A stretch of 64,000 nt of DNA. Origin: a virus. Below the pieces are notes generated by a model that worked only from the letters and a program-made list of their open reading frames with translations, made no database searches and was not told the origin of the DNA. The stretch spans positions 12,039 through 76,038 of IMG/VR virus record IMGVR_UViG_3300031555_005897, one strand, 5' to 3'. Every line of letters starts with the position of its first letter. Position 1 is the stretch's first letter. A program made the position numbers and the translations under genes. This document shows, in pieces, positions 60,394 to 64,000 of the stretch.

Positions 60394-61061
60394 GATTCAA
60401 CACCTCGGGTGAATGTTACCGCAGTTGGATGTAAGATCAAAATATGAGGATCGATATTGACATCGTCATCGACCAGCACATTCGGATTCTCAGCGACAAT
60501 GCTGCTGATATTCACACCCATAATATAGAGCTCATCCATATGCCGATGATCCATTGCCTTGGATCGAAGATACAGCTTGTGAATGAATACACAATGCTTT
60601 CGAATTTCCGGAGAAACATAGCGCTCGTACGCTTCACCGATTTTGAAATCGACAAATCTGGGATGCTTCATACTGGCATGAATAGAACCAGTCGCGCATT
60701 TTGCAATTTCACGCATCTCATGCTCGGTGACGGGGAAAGCCATGCCGACATAATTGGGATAAAAGCGCCCTTTTGTCATGTCGCTGAGTCTCGTCAGGAT
60801 GGTTTTAACAGATGCAATCTCACCATCCTGAAAGAAGTCGAAGAATGTTTTTACATCACCATCGATGGCATTATAACCGAAATGGTTGGATGTTGTATGG
60901 CGCATCTCGTGAGAATGTTCAGAATAGATATCCCGGAGATACTCTACGTATTTCACTGGCGTGAGGGCCGTCATCGACCCCAGATTCTTAACACCATGAA
61001 CTGTGCAGCCACCATTTTCATGCGGTGCCCCTATGATGATACTCGTCATGGTAAAACCCAC
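60390..61061 (-). CDS. Hypothetical protein
   Basis: Stop overlaps the next start. Confidence 0.6.
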   Translation of the reverse strand: MGFTMTSIIIGAPHENGGCTVHGVKNLGSMTALTPVKYVEYLRDIYSEHSHEMRHTTSNHFGYNAIDGDVKTFFDFFQDGEIASVKTILTRLSDMTKGRFYPNYVGMAFPVTEHEMREIAKCATGSIHASMKHPRFVDFKIGEAYERYVSPEIRKHCVFIHKLYLRSKAMDHRHMDELYIMGVNISSIVAENPNVLVDDDVNIDPHILILHPTAVTFTRGVES

Positions 61062-61148
61062 CTTTCTAAAGAAATATATGTCTATTTTGACCCGGAAACC
61101 ATTGGGCTAAAAATTACCCAATTTCGTTTCCGGGTCATTATTTGCTAA

Positions 61149-61724
61149 TTACTCGTCCATTCCACAGAGCTCAATATCGTCCTTAATATCCAGAGACTTC
61201 TTGATACGCTTAGCGGATTTACGAAGGGTCTTGAAATGCTCTCGATCAAACTTACGCTTGAGGATTTCGCGGACATCATCCTTCTCCATTTTATGGGTCA
61301 GAATGGTTGCAACCTCGGTACCGTAATCATCGTTGATCTTCTCGACCAGATACTTGTGATACGCATAGAAGATCGGATTCCGCAAAACCACAAAGACGTT
61401 ACAGTCTTCCTGATAGCGGTCATAGCTCTTCAGAATACACAGTACCAGATGGAAGATCGAAATGTTGAGCGCCTCGTCGTTGAGCCACATGTTAACATAC
61501 TTACCGAGGGAGCGCTTTTTGATCTTGGCCTCCTCGGAATCAGGATCCGTCGCGATCTTGATCAAGGTAGGAGTCGGATGAATCGCCTCGGCATCGATTC
61601 GATTACCGTACTCACGCATTCCGCCATTATGTCTGGCGAGCGCATCTGCAATTACAAACTCCTTATGCTTGACATACTTCTCGATTTTCTTCTTGAATGT
61701 CTTCTCAGGCATCAGGATAATCAT
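61149..61724 (-). CDS. Hypothetical basic protein
   Basis: RBS aaaggag. Confidence 0.7.
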   Translation of the reverse strand: MIILMPEKTFKKKIEKYVKHKEFVIADALARHNGGMREYGNRIDAEAIHPTPTLIKIATDPDSEEAKIKKRSLGKYVNMWLNDEALNISIFHLVLCILKSYDRYQEDCNVFVVLRNPIFYAYHKYLVEKINDDYGTEVATILTHKMEKDDVREILKRKFDREHFKTLRKSAKRIKKSLDIKDDIELCGMDE

Positions 61725-62562
61725 CAGTACGTCTCCTTTCCGATTTAATAGTGATGGTGCACATGATCTTATGTGCAGGCTTAAGCTCCTGGCTTTGGCC
61801 CATAATGATATCGATATTGGAGATCAGATTGAAATCACTGGCAATGTCATTCATGATATCATCCATGCGAGTGGTATTACTCTTAATCTCCAATGCGACA
61901 CGATTGCCAAACTGATTCAGATAGCAAATCTGCAGACCATGGTGACGCTCAAAAGAATCATAGTAGATCTGGGACGAAATGGCATCCCGCACGAGCCATG
62001 CCATAGGAAGCTCGATAAAGTTTTCTTTGCATCTTTTACGGCAGAATCCATACCAAGATTTGCAGTTTCGCAGTTCGTTATCAAACGTCGCGAACGCAAC
62101 CGTCATAAGACTTGCAGGATACATCTTGGTCCAGTCGGGATATACGGCATTTCCACCCTCGATCATCGCCTGATACAAGATTTCAGCTAGAGTCTGATTC
62201 GAATTCTTGGGATATCCGTAATATGCCTGAAGCTTTTCTACCGTTGTGATATAATCGAACTTCATTCGGCTGAAGTCGTCCATAACTCCAACCTTTGTAA
62301 GTTCATCGATCATTCGATTATACATATAACGCCAGACCGACTCGATATCATCATAGCCAAGTTTCGCGTTACCCTGCTCCTGAAGATGGAGGTAGAATCC
62401 ATTTTCGGAGATCGTGGTATTAAAGATTTGGAATTCGCGGTTGGGATCAATGCGCTTGTCCGGTCGCATTAAGGATGTCTTGGATATCTTCGTATCTGAG
62501 GCATCCGGCATCATCATTTCCAGTGTCTTCAAAGGGTTCAGGCTTTGCTTCACCGATTCCAT
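61705..62562 (-). CDS. Hypothetical protein
   Basis: RBS gaaaggagg. Confidence 0.7.
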   Translation of the reverse strand: MESVKQSLNPLKTLEMMMPDASDTKISKTSLMRPDKRIDPNREFQIFNTTISENGFYLHLQEQGNAKLGYDDIESVWRYMYNRMIDELTKVGVMDDFSRMKFDYITTVEKLQAYYGYPKNSNQTLAEILYQAMIEGGNAVYPDWTKMYPASLMTVAFATFDNELRNCKSWYGFCRKRCKENFIELPMAWLVRDAISSQIYYDSFERHHGLQICYLNQFGNRVALEIKSNTTRMDDIMNDIASDFNLISNIDIIMGQSQELKPAHKIMCTITIKSERRRTDDYPDA

Positions 62563-63436
62563 GATAGATATGACCTCCTTTCAAGATGGAATTATTATAG
62601 AGCGAGTTATTGAATTGACTAAAGTCGGGCAGATCGAATCCGGTCATTTCCTGATACAGCTTGCTCTCCAAACGATCTGTCAAACGACGATAAATGTCGA
62701 TGAAAGAGAAGTTCGTCTGACAATGATGACAAACGAAATGCGTATAAAGGGAATTATACCCGAGCTCCTTGCCGCACACAGGGCATCTCATGGCCTCTTC
62801 ATTACCCAGTCTCGGAATGAGATATCCGATATCAAGCACGACCAAGTCACCATTTTTACGAATGCCCCAGTTACAGAAGTTCTTCTCAGCATATCCAATA
62901 TCAGTGAAGATATAGGAACGAGCAAGCTGCTCACAGATCGCCAAGATGCTATCACGGTTTGCACGGAAATCCTCTTTGCTCATCAGCTCGACATTCTCCG
63001 CTACCAGGATTACGCCATTGCTTTCATAAACATGAGGACTTACCCACTCTAATTCGGGGGATCTTTTCAACTCAGTGATGTTATCGACAATGCCGCGGCG
63101 ATCCAGAGCGATCTTATGGCAGTATCCATCGGGGCCCAACAGGCCCAAACGATTGGTACCAGGACCAAGCTCCATAAAATCATCACCAACGATCTCCTTG
63201 ATAATATTGACCTTTTCGTTATTATCATCAATATCAATCATCAGTGCATGGGCAAATAGCTTCTTGATAACATCGGGGGAATACATCCGCAAGATATGAC
63301 TCTTACGGCTCAAATCGAAATTCTCGTCATCATCGTCATGTTGACGAGACTGCTGGGGTGTCACCGTTTCAAAACTAAGGGGTGTGGGACGCTCGAAGAG
63401 ATCTTCACCCAGAAACTCTCTCAGATCACGGCTCAT
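62447..63436 (-). CDS. Protein-kinase-like protein with C-terminal Zn ribbon
   Basis: LGPGTNR (Gly loop), KIA..E, DIG...NWG, VVLDIGY; CPVC...CHHC. Confidence 0.7.
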   Translation of the reverse strand: MSRDLREFLGEDLFERPTPLSFETVTPQQSRQHDDDDENFDLSRKSHILRMYSPDVIKKLFAHALMIDIDDNNEKVNIIKEIVGDDFMELGPGTNRLGLLGPDGYCHKIALDRRGIVDNITELKRSPELEWVSPHVYESNGVILVAENVELMSKEDFRANRDSILAICEQLARSYIFTDIGYAEKNFCNWGIRKNGDLVVLDIGYLIPRLGNEEAMRCPVCGKELGYNSLYTHFVCHHCQTNFSFIDIYRRLTDRLESKLYQEMTGFDLPDFSQFNNSLYNNSILKGGHIYHGIGEAKPEPFEDTGNDDAGCLRYEDIQDILNATGQAH

Positions 63437-63966
63437 TAATAATCCCTCCTACGTCTCATATCTTCAAAGCGAACGGTTCCACCATTCAGCATGATCTTAT
63501 TATTCAGCAAGACCTCCTGCAGTCTCTGGTCATTGCGAATTGCCTGAGATTGCATATTCTGGACCTTACGCTGTTTCTTCTTGAGCTTTTTACGCTCCTT
63601 CTTGGTCAAACCTGTATCAGCGCCAATCGATGTCAAACCGGCACGAACCGCCTTGATATTCTTCTTGCTCATACCACGGTCGGTCATCGTACCTATAACA
63701 TCGATACCGGTATACTTCTGCAGATGCTCCAGAATCTCATAACGAAGCTCGGCATCACGGTTATGAATCTTAGCACCATCGAAGCTAAGCTTTGCTCGCT
63801 GAGTTGCATCCTGCGCTTCGGCAATCTTGCCTTCATGCCAGTACTCACGGTCTTTCATAGCCTTCATCTGGCCAGTGATACTGCTTTCGCTCTTATCAGC
63901 ATCGGAGAACTCCGTATCATACACTCCGCGATGCACGTTGGCATAATAGTTATCGATGAAGTCCAT
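63436..63966 (-). CDS. Hypothetical protein (may extend beyond the window)
   Basis: Stop overlaps the kinase start; Lys-rich segment. Confidence 0.65.
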   Translation of the reverse strand: MDFIDNYYANVHRGVYDTEFSDADKSESSITGQMKAMKDREYWHEGKIAEAQDATQRAKLSFDGAKIHNRDAELRYEILEHLQKYTGIDVIGTMTDRGMSKKNIKAVRAGLTSIGADTGLTKKERKKLKKKQRKVQNMQSQAIRNDQRLQEVLLNNKIMLNGGTVRFEDMRRRRDY

Positions 63967-64000
63967 GTTACTGGTAATACCGTTAACGGATGTACCACTA

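Noticed and set aside
1..64000. tRNA, rRNA or CRISPR arrays
   Set aside because: None recognised by eye; a tRNAscan/Infernal run is needed to exclude them formally

Overview
This window is from a large lytic (jumbo) phage of the phiKZ/AR9-like type, probably infecting an anaerobic Bacillota host (inferred from strong AGGAG ribosome-binding sites, a SleB-like hydrolase and an anaerobic RNR). It encodes two split beta-prime RNA polymerase subunits, a split family-B DNA polymerase, a GroEL-like chaperonin and a distant GroES. It also carries baseplate and fibre genes, nucleotide-supply genes (thyA, folD, dut, nrdD/nrdG, redoxin, trxB), a PPK1-like gene and a kinase-like gene. Main findings: (1) a diversity-generating retroelement (RT, 161-bp TR, VR with 24 of 25 mismatches at TR adenines) whose TR and VR are inverted and which has no visible avd; (2) six dispersed, highly divergent small genes that share an N-terminal M-[AGS]-[DEN]-[AVS]-[LI] peptide with the DGR target and a common upstream layout (palindromic late-promoter variant, GC hairpin, SD-less AUG), possibly an undescribed library of adhesin cassettes; (3) an ORF-less group I intron splitting the RNAP NADFDGD motif, apparently ending in A instead of G, next to a free-standing HNH gene; (4) early (TATATYAT) and late (ACA-N6-TAA) promoter motifs; (5) several candidate structured ncRNAs. 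All calls come from manual motif reading and hand alignment; no database searches were run.
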